Positions 32,195-48,802 of a DNA stretch of 64,000 nt are shown piece by piece. Made by a program: the position numbers and the translations under genes. The DNA is from the human T2T-CHM13v2.0 reference genome, Homo sapiens. Each line of letters starts with the position of its first letter. Position 1 is the first letter of the stretch. The stretch lies in the NCBI RefSeq assembly GCF_009914755.1, contig NC_060926.1. One strand, given 5' to 3'. The notes beneath the pieces are model-generated. The model searched no databases and was not told the origin of the DNA. It saw only the letters and a program-made list of their open reading frames with translations.

Positions 32195-33673
32195 GTAAAG
32201 AAAGAAACTTCTTAAAAAGGTTTTCATGAGATTTCTTTGCCACTAAATTTAGGTTTCTTCCCCCCTATATTCCCAAACAGCTTGGAATAACAGGGAAATT
32301 ATTGAAGTAGAAATCCAGAGACCTCATTTCAGTTTTGGCTTTGACATTTACTAGCTGTGTGACTTTAGATAACGTTTATTCTCTCATAAAATCTGTTTCC
32401 TCATCTATTACACTAGGATAATAGACTGGTTATTCCCCCTGGCCCTTTTCTTTTCTAATACTGAGTCTTAAAGGGTATATGTATAGAAAATGAAATCAGA
32501 GACTTTCTGAGAGTGTTCATTTCAACAGAAACAGAGAAAAAACCAAAGTGGTCTAGAAAACTAGCAATATATTCTGAGATGTTTCATGTGTAATAGTCTC
32601 CCTCTACTAATATTTCAACTTTCGTATTTTAAATTTAGTGATGCTTAGTGATGTTTTAAATAATATTCAGCCAGGCACGGTGGCTCATACCTGTAATCTC
32701 AGCACTTTGGGAGGCCATCTCCCTCACTAATATTTCAACTTTCCTATTTTAAATTTAGTGATGTTTACTGATGTGTAGTGATGTTTTTAATATTCAGTTG
32801 GGCGTGGTAGCTCATGCCTGCAATATCAATGCTTTGGGAGCCTGAGGTGGGAGGATCGCTTTGGGCCTAGGAGTTCCCGGCCAGTCTGGGCAACATGGCA
32901 AGACCCCATCTCTACAAAAACTTTTTAAGACTCAGCCAGGGTTGGGTGTATGCCAGCTACGCAGGAGGCTGAGGTGGGAGGATCAGAGGACTGCTTGAGC
33001 CCAGGAGGCTGAGACTGCAGTGAGCCATGTTCATACCACTGGACTTCAGCCTGGGTGACAAAGTGAGACCCTGTCACAAACAAACAAACAAACAAACAAA
33101 CAAAAAAGAAAAGTAGTATTCACGTTTTGGACATTCCTATCTAAACTAGGTGGAAAGAGAAAATGGAGAGTACTGGGTTCTAAGGAGGCAGGTATTCTAG
33201 GGTAAGTAATTTGGTATTTTAATTTAAGCAGAAAGACATGGTCCCCTACTTTTCCCCTTGGGATATGCCCTGGAGAATGACAAAATGATTTTAAAAGAAA
33301 AAAATATATTTTAAATTTGAAAAAAAAAAGCAGAAGGACAACAGAGTGAAATGTATTCAGAGTAGGGCAAAATGAAGTTGATTTTAGCAAATGCTTAGAT
33401 CAATGGACGAGAAAGGAAACAGGCTACATTACATATCCCTAGGAAAAGCAGCTTATCAGAAGTCATATTCAGTCACTTTTTTCTGTTGCCTTTTTGAACA
33501 TAGATGACACTTGACAGTTTGTAATATAAACATTTTGGAAATATGTTTTAGAGGCCGGGCACGGTGGCTTACGCCTGTAAACCAAGCACTTTGGGAGGCC
33601 GAGGTGGGCTGATCACCTGAGGTCAGGAGTGTGAGACAAGCCTGACCAACAAGGAGAAACCCCATCTCTACTA

Positions 33674-33832
<159 letters not shown>

Positions 33833-34619
33833 TCAAAAGAAAAAAAAAAGAAACCAACATGTTTTAGAAATGAGGCTTCCAGGCGGGGTGCGGTGGCTCA
33901 CGCCTGTAATCACAGCACTTTGCGAGGCTGAGGTGGGAAGATCACCGGAGGTCAGGAGTTGGAGACCAGCCTGGCCAACGTGGTCAAACCCCATCTCTAC
34001 TAAGAATACAAAAATTAGCTGGGTGTGGTGGTGTGCACCTTTAATCCTACGTACTTGGGAGGCTCAGGCATCAGAATTGCTTGAACCAGGGAGGCGCATG
34101 ATGCAGTGAGCCGAGATCGTGCCACTGCCCTCCAGCCTAGGCGACAGAGCGAGACTCCATCTAAAAACAAACAAACAAATAAACAAACAAATGATCAATG
34201 CAGGTATCTCTAAAAGCTTACCACCAAGGAAAATGATTATATCCATAGATTTCCTCCCCCAAACCAGCTTAGTCCACACGTAAATCATTAGCAACTCAGC
34301 CCTAACTCATTTTATCACAGTTACAAGAGAAGTTAGTGAGAAAAGCACTAACTAGGAAAATGAAAACCAAGGCAATCCAAGTCAACTTGGGCTCACTGCA
34401 GACATCTGTTCCTTATGCTTGGGCACACAGCACAACTCACAACAGTGCCTTTTTCACAGACCCCTCTTTAATTTCCTCCACAAAACCCATCAGGTCACCA
34501 TAGTTCATGATGTTTCAGAATAAACAACCATCATGAGAAAAACATGCAGTACGTCTTACAATCTTGTATTCCTTAAAAATATGACAAGGAAAAAACATGT
34601 AGAAAAACCAGAGGATTTA

Positions 34620-34960
<341 letters not shown>

Positions 34961-36258
34961 CTACAGACATACTAATGAATGACATAAATGAGGTAATACG
35001 GTATAAAACAAAATGGAAAAAATACATTATGATTATTTTCTTCAGTGTACAGAAGTCATGGAAGTTCTGGACTATCTAGCTACATAAAAAATATTGGGCC
35101 AGGCGCAGTGGCACACGCCTGTAATCCCAGCACTTTGGGAGGCTGAGGTGGGCAGATCCCAAGGTCAGGAGACCATCCTCGCTGACACGGTGAAACCCCG
35201 TCTCTACAAAAAAATACAAAAAATTAGCCGGGCATGGTGGCGAGTACCTTTAATCCCAGCTACTCGGGAGACTAAGGCACGAGAATGGTGTGAACCTGGG
35301 AGGCAGAGCTTGAAGCTAGCAGAGATCGGCCACTGCCCTCCAGCCTGGGTGACAGAGAGAGACTCTGTCTCAAAAAAAAAAAAAAAGAATTGTCTATTTT
35401 GTTAATACAAAATAGGTATGTTGAATTGTTTGTCACAGAAACCAAAAAATCCACATAAATCTCTTTTTTCCTGTACCCTCACCTTGCCTGTTTCCTATTC
35501 TCCACTAAATGCTTCAACTCTTCATTTTGCCTGGCCCTTGCACCCAAGCATGGCTGACAGAAAATCCTAAAGGCCCAAGATTCTATAGTGGCTGTTTGCA
35601 AGGGAGACGAGGCTATAAGTAACTGCCACACTGGATCCTCTTATGTGAGAAGAAAGAAAGAAAGTATCCTGAATGCCTCTCACATATAAAAGAGCAGGAT
35701 GGCAGGGTGTCTGTGTGGCCCAAGGAGCCAGAGGTAGCAAACTGTGGGCAAAAGAATTGTGACCAAAGGCTAGAAGAGGGAAGGTCTGCAGTCAGCCTTG
35801 TCTTCTACCTCTCTGCTGTTTGCTTCTCATGAGCAGAGTCCGTTTTCCAAACATCAGGACACTGAAAAGAAGACTCCTGCTCTGGAAGTTGACAAGAAGG
35901 AATATCCACGAATGTAAAAATGCAAGATCAAGGCTTGGCCCAGAAACAATGCCTAAAATCAAGGGGTTAAAAATGGGAGAGCAGAAGAGAGATCCAAGTC
36001 CAACCTGGCCCAGCCCAAAGAAGGTGGAATTCAAGGAGAAGAAACTAAAAGAGAAGAGCCTTGGACCACATCATTTCCTACAAGGGGCAATCAACGAACT
36101 TTGCTGTTCAAGTTACAAAAGAGGGTTCTTTAATCTCTTCCTTTGGCCCTTAAAATCGGCAGTAGGGCCGGGTGCGGTGGCTCCCGCCTGTAATCCCAGC
36201 ACTTTGGGAGGCTGAGGCGAGCAGATCACAAGGTCAGGTGATCGAACCATCCTGGCTA

Positions 36259-36489
<231 letters not shown>

Positions 36490-36996
36490 TCAGATTCACT
36501 GAAATAGTTTTAGAACAACTGTAATTGCTCAACTTAGACATCCCCTTCCTTTCTCCCCAAGGATATTGTGTATGTACTGTATAATTATAAATGCATAGTA
36601 TTATATAATATGAAATGTAACACATTAAATATAAATGTTAATTATATTAGTGAACATTTATGAGAAACATTGAGATGATCTCCCTAACATGAGAGCCTGG
36701 GGGAAAGTGGGACTATCATGTCTGTCTTGCAGATTTCACCTCCCCAGAGCTCAGCCACTTAGTGCTGTTACACCTTTCCTACCACCTCTGCCAGCCAATC
36801 CTGTCTTGTGGGGAATCTGACCTCCCTATTGGCTATCGCAGACCTTTAAACTGCCTGCTTTGTGACATCATTCTCCCACCAAACCAACTGCCACCTGGTA
36901 GAATCTTGGGGTTTCCTGGGCGTGGCCTGTAAATTTGTATCATCGCAAGGGGCCAGTGACCAGTAACCAGTGACCAGTGGCCTTCATACTGGACAC

Positions 36997-37093
36997 ATGC
37001 ACTGGTTGGCTTCAGCCACCCAGACATCCGCTAGTATCGTCTCTTCTTCCCTTCTATCTGCAGTTGATGTTTCTTCTTCTCTGACCATGTCAG
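36997..37093 (+). CDS. C2orf78: C2orf78 exon 1, copy 5 (intact, closest to exon 2)
   Basis: Identical 97-nt coding sequence and intact GT donor; the 5'UTR has private variants. Confidence 0.78.
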
Positions 37094-38358
37094 GTAAAGA
37101 GAGAAACTTTTTAAAAAGGTTTTCATGAGATTTCTTTGCCACTAAATTTAGATTTCTTTCCCCCTATATTCCCAAACAGCTTGGAATAACAGGGAAAGTA
37201 TTGAAGTAGAAATCCAGAGACCTCATTTCAGTTTTGGCTTTGACATTAACTAGCTGTGTGACTTTAGATAACTTTTATTCTCTCACAAAATCTGTTTCCT
37301 CATCTATTACACTAGGATAATAGACTGGTTATTCCCCCTGGCCTTTTTCTTTTCTAATACTGAGTCTTAAAGGGTATACGTACAGAAAATGAAATCAGAG
37401 ACTTTCTGAGAGTGTTCATTTCAACAGAAACAGAGAAAAAACCAAAGTGGTCTAGAAAACTAGCAATATATTCTGAGATGTTTCATGTGTAATAGTCTCC
37501 CTCCACTAATATTTCAACTTTCGTATTTTAAATTTAGTGATGTTTAGTGATGTTTTAAATAATATTCAGCCAGGCACGGTGGCTCACACCTGTAATCTCA
37601 GCACTTTGGGAGGCCATCTCCCTCACTAATATTTCAACTTTCCTATTTTAAATTTAGTGATGTTTACTGATGTGTAGTGATGTTTTTAATATTCAGTTGG
37701 GCGTGGTAGCTCATGCCTGCAATGTCAATGCTTTGGGAGCCTGAGGTGGGAGGATCGCTTTGGGCCTAGGAGTTCCCGGCCAGTCTGGGCAACATGGCAA
37801 GACCCCATCTCTACAAAAACTTTTTAAAACTCAGCCAGGGTTGGGGGTGTGCCAGCTACTCAGGAAGCTGAGGTGGGAGGATCAGACGCTGCTTGAGCCC
37901 AGGAGGTTGAGGCTGCAGTGAGTCAGGTTCACACCACTGGACTTCAGCCTGAGTGACAAAGTGAGACCCTGTCACAAAGAAACAAATAAACAAACAAAAG
38001 TAATATTCATGTTTTGGACATTCCTATCTAAACTAGGTGGAAAGAGAAAATGGAGAGTACTGGGTTATAAGGAGGCAGGTATTCTAGAGTAAGGAATTTG
38101 GTATTTTAATTAAAGCAGAAAGACAGGGTCCCCTACTTTTCCCCTTGGGATATGCCCTGGAGAATGACGAAATGATTTTAAAATAAAAAAATATAGTTTA
38201 AATTTGAAAAAAAAAGCAAAAGGACAACAGAGTGAAATCTATTCAAAATAGAGCAAAATGAAGTTGGTTTTAGCAAATGCTTAGATCAAAGGACTAGGAA
38301 GGAAACAGGCTAGAATAGAGTATCCCTAGAAAAAGCACCTTATCAGAAGTCATATTCA

Positions 38359-39381
<1,023 letters not shown>

Positions 39382-39384
39382 TTA

Positions 39385-39522
<138 letters not shown>

Positions 39523-40209
39523 CTAATAAGTGGTTACCTAGAGAGCTGGAGGACATGTAATTTGCAGTGTGCTGTTTCTAATTTTTAAATTATATGGATG
39601 TTTCTCCTATTAACAATAAAATTAAGTTTTCTGAAAAAAGAATGTATCGTTATTTGCATCAGAAGAACAATACCTTTGCATGAAAAGTAGATTCCAAGTA
39701 AAAGCTGCTTTTTTATCTTAATACTTTCTTCCAAAAACAGAGTACCTACTGATTCATAATGGACTGCTTTTAGACCTAAGAATAAAAAGTCAAGCCACAT
39801 ATCAGCCACATATCTCTAATTCCATATCAATCTAAGCCAAATTTTCTGGAGTCCTTTGAACTTTCCTACATTCAAAACATTTTTTAATTGGATTCTAGCA
39901 GTTGTTTTTTTTTAAGCTATGGGAATGTCATTTTCCTGGACGTTGGAGATGATTATAATCTAGGTTTTGAGGATAGATATTAAAGTTCTCATGATACTTT
40001 TTAAGAGTTCTTTTCTGCTTGTTATGTGGCTACAATAATTTAAATATTACACTAGGATTAATACCTGTCATTTGCTGGGTAATATTCATAGAAATATGAA
40101 TGAGCATAATAATTCCTTTACACTTATTTTTTGCATTCTACCTTGTACCAGTTTTTATTGAAATATCTATCCACATATATTATGGCTATTTTACATTCAC
40201 ATTTACTGC

Positions 40210-40325
40210 ATTTTTCTGTTTCTTACATACTTTTTGCTTCTTACACACTTTTTGCTGATACAGTTTGTCTATACATTTTCTGCTTCTTACACACTTTTTG
40301 CTGATACAATTTCTCTGTCTATATA
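40210..40325. repeat. Small imperfect tandem duplication (TTCTTACACACTTTTTGC units)
   Basis: Motif occurs three times; the longer ...GCTGATACA extension occurs twice. Confidence 0.7.
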
Positions 40326-40709
40326 TGCTTGTTAGAAATTCATTCATTCTATTATGGGCTGTTTCTTGGTTAATAGTATTCACTAAGAAAGAGTAGATAC
40401 TATTCAGTTTCCTAATGTTGCATGTATGGTAACAGCTTTAGTTAGTACTTTACTATGTTTTGATGCTAGCTACATACCCCAATTTTCATTAATATCTATA
40501 TATTGTTTTAGTTCCATGATTTTATGTTTTTAATTATTTTGTCTGTTTTTTCAGAACTTACTATATCTTCCTCATTATAAGTCATATGTAATCTATCACT
40601 TTTATTCATGTATGAATTATCACTGTTATTATTTTACAACTTCTTTATAGACAGGCAGCCTGAAGCTCACAGAGTTTAACTAGCTTTTTTCTTTCAAAAA
40701 GCATTTCTT

Positions 40710-40935
40710 GGCCAGGCATTGTGGCTCACACCTGTAATCCCAGCACTTTGGGACACCGAGGCAGGCAGATAATCTGATGTCAGGAGTTTGAGACCAGCCT
40801 GGTAAACATGGCAAAACCCCGTCTCTATTAAAAATGCAAAAAATTAGCCAGGCAGAGTGGCTGCCTGGGTGTCAAGCCACTGCACTCCAGCCTGGGTGAC
40901 AGAGTAAGACTCTGTCTCAGTAAAAAGAAAAAAGA
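40710..40935 (+). mobile_element. Internally deleted Alu
   Basis: Left arm plus 3' end of the right arm. Confidence 0.85.
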
Positions 40936-41667
40936 AAACATTTCTATCAGGTAGTTATTTTGACTAATGATAAAAAGCCAGGCTTGAAGAGGGCAAAGAA
41001 TGACCTTTTAGATTTACCAATGGCCTGGGTTAAATATAAACTCTAGGACATATCATATGACCTGCAGAAGCAAAATGTGACACTAAGGATTATAAAGGTA
41101 ATAGCTGTACTATATTCTAGTAGACCAAAAAAATGCCATATTAAAAGTTCTAATTTCCTGGTTTCTGGTCTATGCTCAGAGAAAAGACTCCTGGCAAGGA
41201 AGTCAGGTTCTGTAACCTGGTAATGATATTAACATAATGGTAAAACTTAAAACAGGTCAATCTGACCTCTCAGACTCATAAAATGAAATGTTAGAACTTC
41301 TCTAAGGACCTCCTAGTTCTAAAATGCTCCAATTCTAGGAAATAGTTATGAGTCTATACTAGCCCAGATTCAAGGGAAAGATAGGGAAGGGAGAAGGTTG
41401 CTTCTAGCCTAGGAAATAATGTACGAAACCAGACCATTTGGGTCTTCATATCTGTGTCCAAGTTGGACACAAAGACAGTTCATCAGAAGAGGACCAAACT
41501 GCTTCAGCACTCAAGGCCATCATAAACTGTTTGGCTTTTGGTATCTCAGTGAGTATTGGTATTAGAGGCTTCCTGATTGCAACAACCTTAAGATAATGCT
41601 AGTCTTCCAATAAGGTGAGAATTTTTCACTCTCATCGGTTTTTTCATCTCTCTCTTGTTTCCTACAG

Positions 41668-42417
41668 AATATTTCCAAAATACGTCTTTACCTGGAACTG
41701 CAAATTCTCGGCAGTTCTCTCTTCCTGTGGTGAGCAATGCAGCTTTCTTAACAGGAAGCATCTCCAACTTCTCCAGAGCCTCTGCTCCAGCCATCAGCTC
41801 AGCATGGCTACAGCCATCAGCCTCTGGCACCTCCTTCCAGCCACTCATGGGCAGTGCCTACCTTTACCAACATTCTAGCACAACTATGTTGTCTGGGGTT
41901 ACTGGCCAGAGCCATATCTGTACTTCAGCTGCCTCTTATCCAGGCGTTTTTGAGTGGGATAGTACAGCAAGCACAGTAAAGAAGTCATCCTCACTCAGGG
42001 ACTTCACTGTGACTGTCATTGATCAGAACACAGCTGTCTCTTCCATGTCTATGACAGCCCAGTATTATAAAACTTCAGATACCAATACTATGGTCCCTCT
42101 GTATCCATCACTATCTGCCAGCCTTGTTCAGGGGACACTAACTCAAATTCCAAATCAGCAGGGCCATAACCTGTCACTTCCCTGCCAGATAGGAAGCCAG
42201 GTCTATTACTATAATCAAGGCACACTGGGGCCTCAACTATCCTGCCTGCAATCTTATGGCTCTGTGTCATACACAGGATATAGGGCTTCTGCCCATCAAC
42301 CAGAAATGGTGATGGTGCTGAAGGAGGTTCAGCCCACAAATGTCCTACCACCAGTCTCTACTTCTGGGATGTATTACTCTGTGTCTTCTCAACCCATCAC
42401 AGAAACCAGTGTTCAAG
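41668..42417 (+). CDS. C2orf78: C2orf78 exon 2 (Ser/Thr-rich; EYFQNTSLPG...PITETSVQ)
   Basis: Polypyrimidine cctacag|AA acceptor, CAAG|gtgagt donor; 750 nt, phase 1-1; lies within ORF 41655-42509. Confidence 0.94.
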
Positions 42418-43261
42418 GTGAGTACAAACATCAAGAAAGGAGAGGAATAATGTCAGCGTTGAAAAGGAGGGTCAAATCTGTAGCGAGTGGTGAGTCCGTG
42501 GATAGGTAGAATTTAAGTCCTGAGACTTCAACCACTATTCTTTGGCAGTGCTCTCCATTTTCAGACTCTATATAAGAACACCTTATAAGTGGGAAAGTGG
42601 AACACTGTAATGGCCATCTATGCTACATGTAAGAGAATCGCAAGAGCATACTGAGGGATACACTTTTTAGTGCCCTGACTGATCACTTCCCCCACACTAC
42701 CACGCTGTAATGTCCTTCCTTAATCTATTACTTTAGTCTCTTTGGAAGGCACTTCAGAACTCTTATTTTGGCGGTGACATTTTGATTTTCCTTAACTTAC
42801 AATAGGATTTAAGACCTTGTGTTCAGAGATCCTCTCCAAAACAAACAGGCTCAGAATCTGTGCTTGCTTATATATTTCATGAGGAAGGGCTCCACTCTCT
42901 ACCTTACCCTAGTCCATGGTGTAAACTGTTCTTATTCTCTCAGGAGAGTGGAGAGAATTGAAAGGACCCTGTAAGAATGTGAGGCTGTATAAAACATCTC
43001 CTATTTTAAAAATCACTTTCACTTTTTGATCTACAACAACCCTATGAAATACAAAGAAAACCAAGAAACAATCACATCAAATGATAACCAGTAAGAGAAC
43101 AGTCACTGCCAATCTCCTAATACAGGGTCTTGCCCATGGTCCTTAAGAAGAGCTAGTAGAAATGCCTTGCCCATGTTGGAAAGGTATCCGATTGCTGCAC
43201 TGGTGTGTAGGGGGAGCATCTCACTTACCAGGGACTGACTTCTTCCTTGATTCCTTTGTAG

Positions 43262-45183
43262 TGATGGAAACTTCCCTGGGGATGGATACTTCCCTGGGAT
43301 TGCAATCTCCAAGCCAGACATTTTGTCTGCCACAAACTCCAGAATTCTCCAAGTCCTTCAGTAGCAGAAATACCCAGACACTTGAGAGTAACCCATCACC
43401 TGAGCTTGGGGACATTTCAATAACTCCAGTCCAGAGTCCTACTAATCTCTTGACACTGTCTCCAGCTCCAAGCCAGGAAAAAAATGAGAATGAGAATTTG
43501 GATGAGATTAAAACCAACCTTTCAAAGCCTCTAGATGTCCACCAGATCCTAATAGGAAATCAAGATCCTCCACTACTTCCTGTAGAAATCCCCGATATTC
43601 ACCCGCTTCTGGCCTGCATTGATCCTCTTGGCCAAGAGGAGCAGCCTGGTTCTGAAAATGCCAATCTAAGAAATAAGAGCCTGAGTCTTGAGGACCAAGG
43701 GATATTTGAAAATGGGATTGAGTCTAGCAGTGATTTGGCAGACATCACTACATGGGTGGAGGATACTTACCTCCCCCCGATCTTCAGTTCCTTACAAGAT
43801 CTTGACCAACCTGAAAGTCCCTCAGCAAAGAAAGCCAAAGATACCAGTGCCATCAAGGTAAATCAGGTGCAGGAAAAGTCATGTGTCATAAAGGGTCACT
43901 CTGATCAAGTCAGGAAGAACAAGCATAAAGCTTCCGAGCCTATCCAGGGTGCTCCCAAGGCCAAAATCCAGCCAAAGAACCCAGAGTGCCTATTAGAGAG
44001 AGAAGTGGTTGTTGGCAGTGCTACAGTCAGTAACAGCGCTTCTGTGAACAAGGCCAAGCATTCTAGCAACAAACCTCACAAGGCTGCATCCAGCAGGATC
44101 AGCAAAACTAAGAGCCATGGGCAGGAAAAGACCAAAGGGAACAGAAAGAACAGCTCCAAGAAATCTGAAGAGAGTAAGCAGTCAGGGAAAAAAGTCAAGG
44201 TAGAAGAGAAGCAAACCATTCCCAATATGAAACGGAAGAAAAATCAACCTGAGCTTAGCCAAAAGACCCTTAAAAAGCCCCGAAGCTCCCTAGGCATGCA
44301 CATGCTAGAGTCCGTGCAAGTTTTCCATGCACTCGGGAAAAAGATCGATATGAAAACTGGATTCTCTTCCTCCAGGACCCTGGGAAGCTCAAGCAACACC
44401 CAAAACCGCCAGCCATTCCCAGCTCTCAAACCATGGCTGGATATCCAACATGAGGGTAAAGGCCCGGAGAAAATTCAAGTCAAGGCCCAGAAACTAGATG
44501 GTAGTGCTGAAAAAGAGTGTACATCTCCATCCCACTCTGAGTTGCCACCACCTGGGAAGGTCAAGTTGATACCTTTGCCCTTTCTGACCCTGGACCAACC
44601 TCAAGCTCGACATGTTTCTCGGCGGCCAAACCCTCTAGCCTCACGTAGGCCTGCTGTGGCTTACCCTGCTCGACCTGATTCTACTAACTCAGCTCAATCG
44701 AATGCAGTCAATCCATCCCGACCAGCTCCTACCAACACATCTTTGACAGGTCCTGCCACACCAGCTCAGCCAATTTCAGCCAAAGCAACCCAACCCAGTT
44801 CAGCCAACCCTACCCAGCCTACTGTCCCTCAATCTGCTGCTTCTAGGCCATCAGCCTACAAAACATCATCTTGTTCTTCTCTGCAGCGGGAGCCTGTTTC
44901 CACTGCTGTGACCAGTCTCCGGTCACTGCCCAAGCCTCAAAATCAATTTCTAATCCAAGACTTCAGCCTCCAACCCCGTCCATGGAGGAAACCCACTGTT
45001 CCTGAGCCAGTAATGTCAACGCCCATCACAGAAGAGCAGAGGCCAGAGCGTGAGGCCATGAAGAGAAAGGCTCAACAAGAGCGTGAGAATGCTGCCAAAT
45101 ACACCTCTTTGGGGAAAGTGCAGTTTTTCATTGAAAGGGAAAGAGATATGGAAATTGCTGAATACTATGGCTACACAATCTAA
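43262..45183 (+). CDS. C2orf78: C2orf78 exon 3 (VMETSLGMDTS...AEYYGYTI stop); uncharacterised DUF4629-type protein
   Basis: ttcctttgtag|TG acceptor; long open frame to TAA at 45183; protein recognised as C2orf78. Confidence 0.94.
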
Positions 45184-45277
45184 GAGCTGAGATTGTTGGT
45201 TTTACTTTGGATACCGCTGGTTTTCCACATATATAGATAGATACTAATTTATTTATTCTGATATATTTTTAAAACAT

Positions 45278-45320
45278 AATAAAGAAATGTAATAGAATTG
45301 ATTAATAGATAAGTAATAAA
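45278..45320 (+). terminator. C2orf78: C2orf78 polyadenylation signals (AATAAA at 45278 and 45315)
   Basis: Two AATAAA hexamers ~95-135 nt after the stop, followed by T/GT-rich sequence; overlapping ATTTA motifs at ~45247. Confidence 0.75.
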
Positions 45321-45408
45321 GAGGCCTTTTGAGTTTTGAGATGCTGTTGACTGTGGGTTTTCTTTGGTGGGGGTGGGGATGAAAGGCTGCATTAGAAAGA
45401 AGGAATTA

Positions 45409-45844
<436 letters not shown>

Positions 45845-46879
45845 TTATACAAAGAATCAGAAATGGGGAAAATGGCAGAAGTAAGATGCAGAATCTGAGG
45901 TTAGGACTAAAAGAATAAAATTTGGATATAAATTGAAGATGGCAGAAGATGAGGCTGGGTGGACCAAAAGAAACGTACAAAATCCCCCATGGATGATAGC
46001 CTTATGTCTCATGGCCTATCAGATAGGTATTTTAGAAAATAAGATTCAGGTCTCATCAACAGGTTTGGGTTACCTTATACGTATATGATCACAGTTGGGA
46101 AAGTGAGTACAAAACATAGGGGAAATCTACCAGGGGAATGGCAAGGGCTCACAGTTCTCCTAGATACAGCTGATAACCTGGGGCCCAGCCAAATGAACTG
46201 CAGCAGCATGAAGCTGGCTCAGAACAGACCCCAGAGTATAGATCTCCATTTACTCAACCAACACCTATGCAAGGGGCAGTGAGACGCACTACTTCAGTTC
46301 ACCTTCACAACAACACACAAGACCAGTAACACTGTGCCACTTTACTAGTGAGGTTCAGCAGTGGGCTTGGGTCACACTGTGTGCAAAGGGGTAAGGCCTG
46401 TGGGTCTCCGAAGTCCTCAGCGTTTGCAAGCGCCTGCAGGCAGCCAGCCTGGCTTTCAGACCGCGGAATCCGGAGGTTACAGGCATAATAAATCAAGCTT
46501 CTGGAGGGACTTAAATATTAAGAGGCCGCCAGGTCCTCCTCCACCCATTCCAGCACGTGCAACCTTCTCCGCCATCACCATTAACTGAAGTACACGAGAC
46601 AAAACGGCTTGGAGCGTCCATTTTCACAGGATGAGTGGTGGGCGCGCGCGCGCCCTGGGTCCCCCTCCAAAAGCCGCAAGACGCAGGCGCCCAACTGTCC
46701 ACAGACGCTCCTTAGGGGGAGGCCCCCCCCCCCCACGCCCCTCGAGGCACAGTGGGAGGTAGAAAGGGTTGGGGGCGGTGGGGGGAGGGCAGGAGAGGAA
46801 TGGGTGGGGGAAGGGAAGATGGGGGCAGTGGATGGTCACCATGGGTAAATCAGTAATTTACTTTTTAAAAAATTAGTTT

Positions 46880-47610
<731 letters not shown>

Positions 47611-48179
47611 CCAGCAATTTATATTTATTGAGAGTTTATTCTGTGCCAGGCAGCACCTGGCTAAGTTATTCATCCCATTTCACAGATAAGGAGGTAGAGA
47701 ATCTGAAGAATTTGCCCAAGATTAAGAGCTAGCTAGCAACTGCTAGCAATAGCTGGGATTTGAACACAGGCATTTTAGACTTAAAAGATAATAGATTCAC
47801 ATGATAGAACATTGGAAAGATACAAAATGGTGACAATGGAAATTCACACTTTCCCCAAGTTTCCCAGCCACCACCACCCCCTCCCTTAGAAGCATCTACT
47901 TTTGCCATTTTAAGGATTCTTCCAGATAAATTATTTATTTTTACCCCAACATGTACATATTACAATTTACTGAATAATCTGTCCCATTGATTTGAAATGT
48001 CACTTTTATGGTATACTACGTTTCTATGTGTTTGCATTACTCTTTTCAGAACTGTCCTGACTTTTTTGCCTATCTTTTGTTATTTGCCATTTCTCTAGAA
48101 TTCTTTTTATTATCTTCTTTTTGATTTTTAAAAATTTCCTTTTTTTAAAAGGCATTATCCATTATGCTAATTCATTCTT

Positions 48180-48802
<623 letters not shown>

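Noticed and set aside
43162-43261. N-terminal MPCPCWKG... extension of the 673-aa ORF, and read-through of exon 2 to 42509
   Set aside because: These are intronic extensions beyond clear splice sites at 43262 and 42417.
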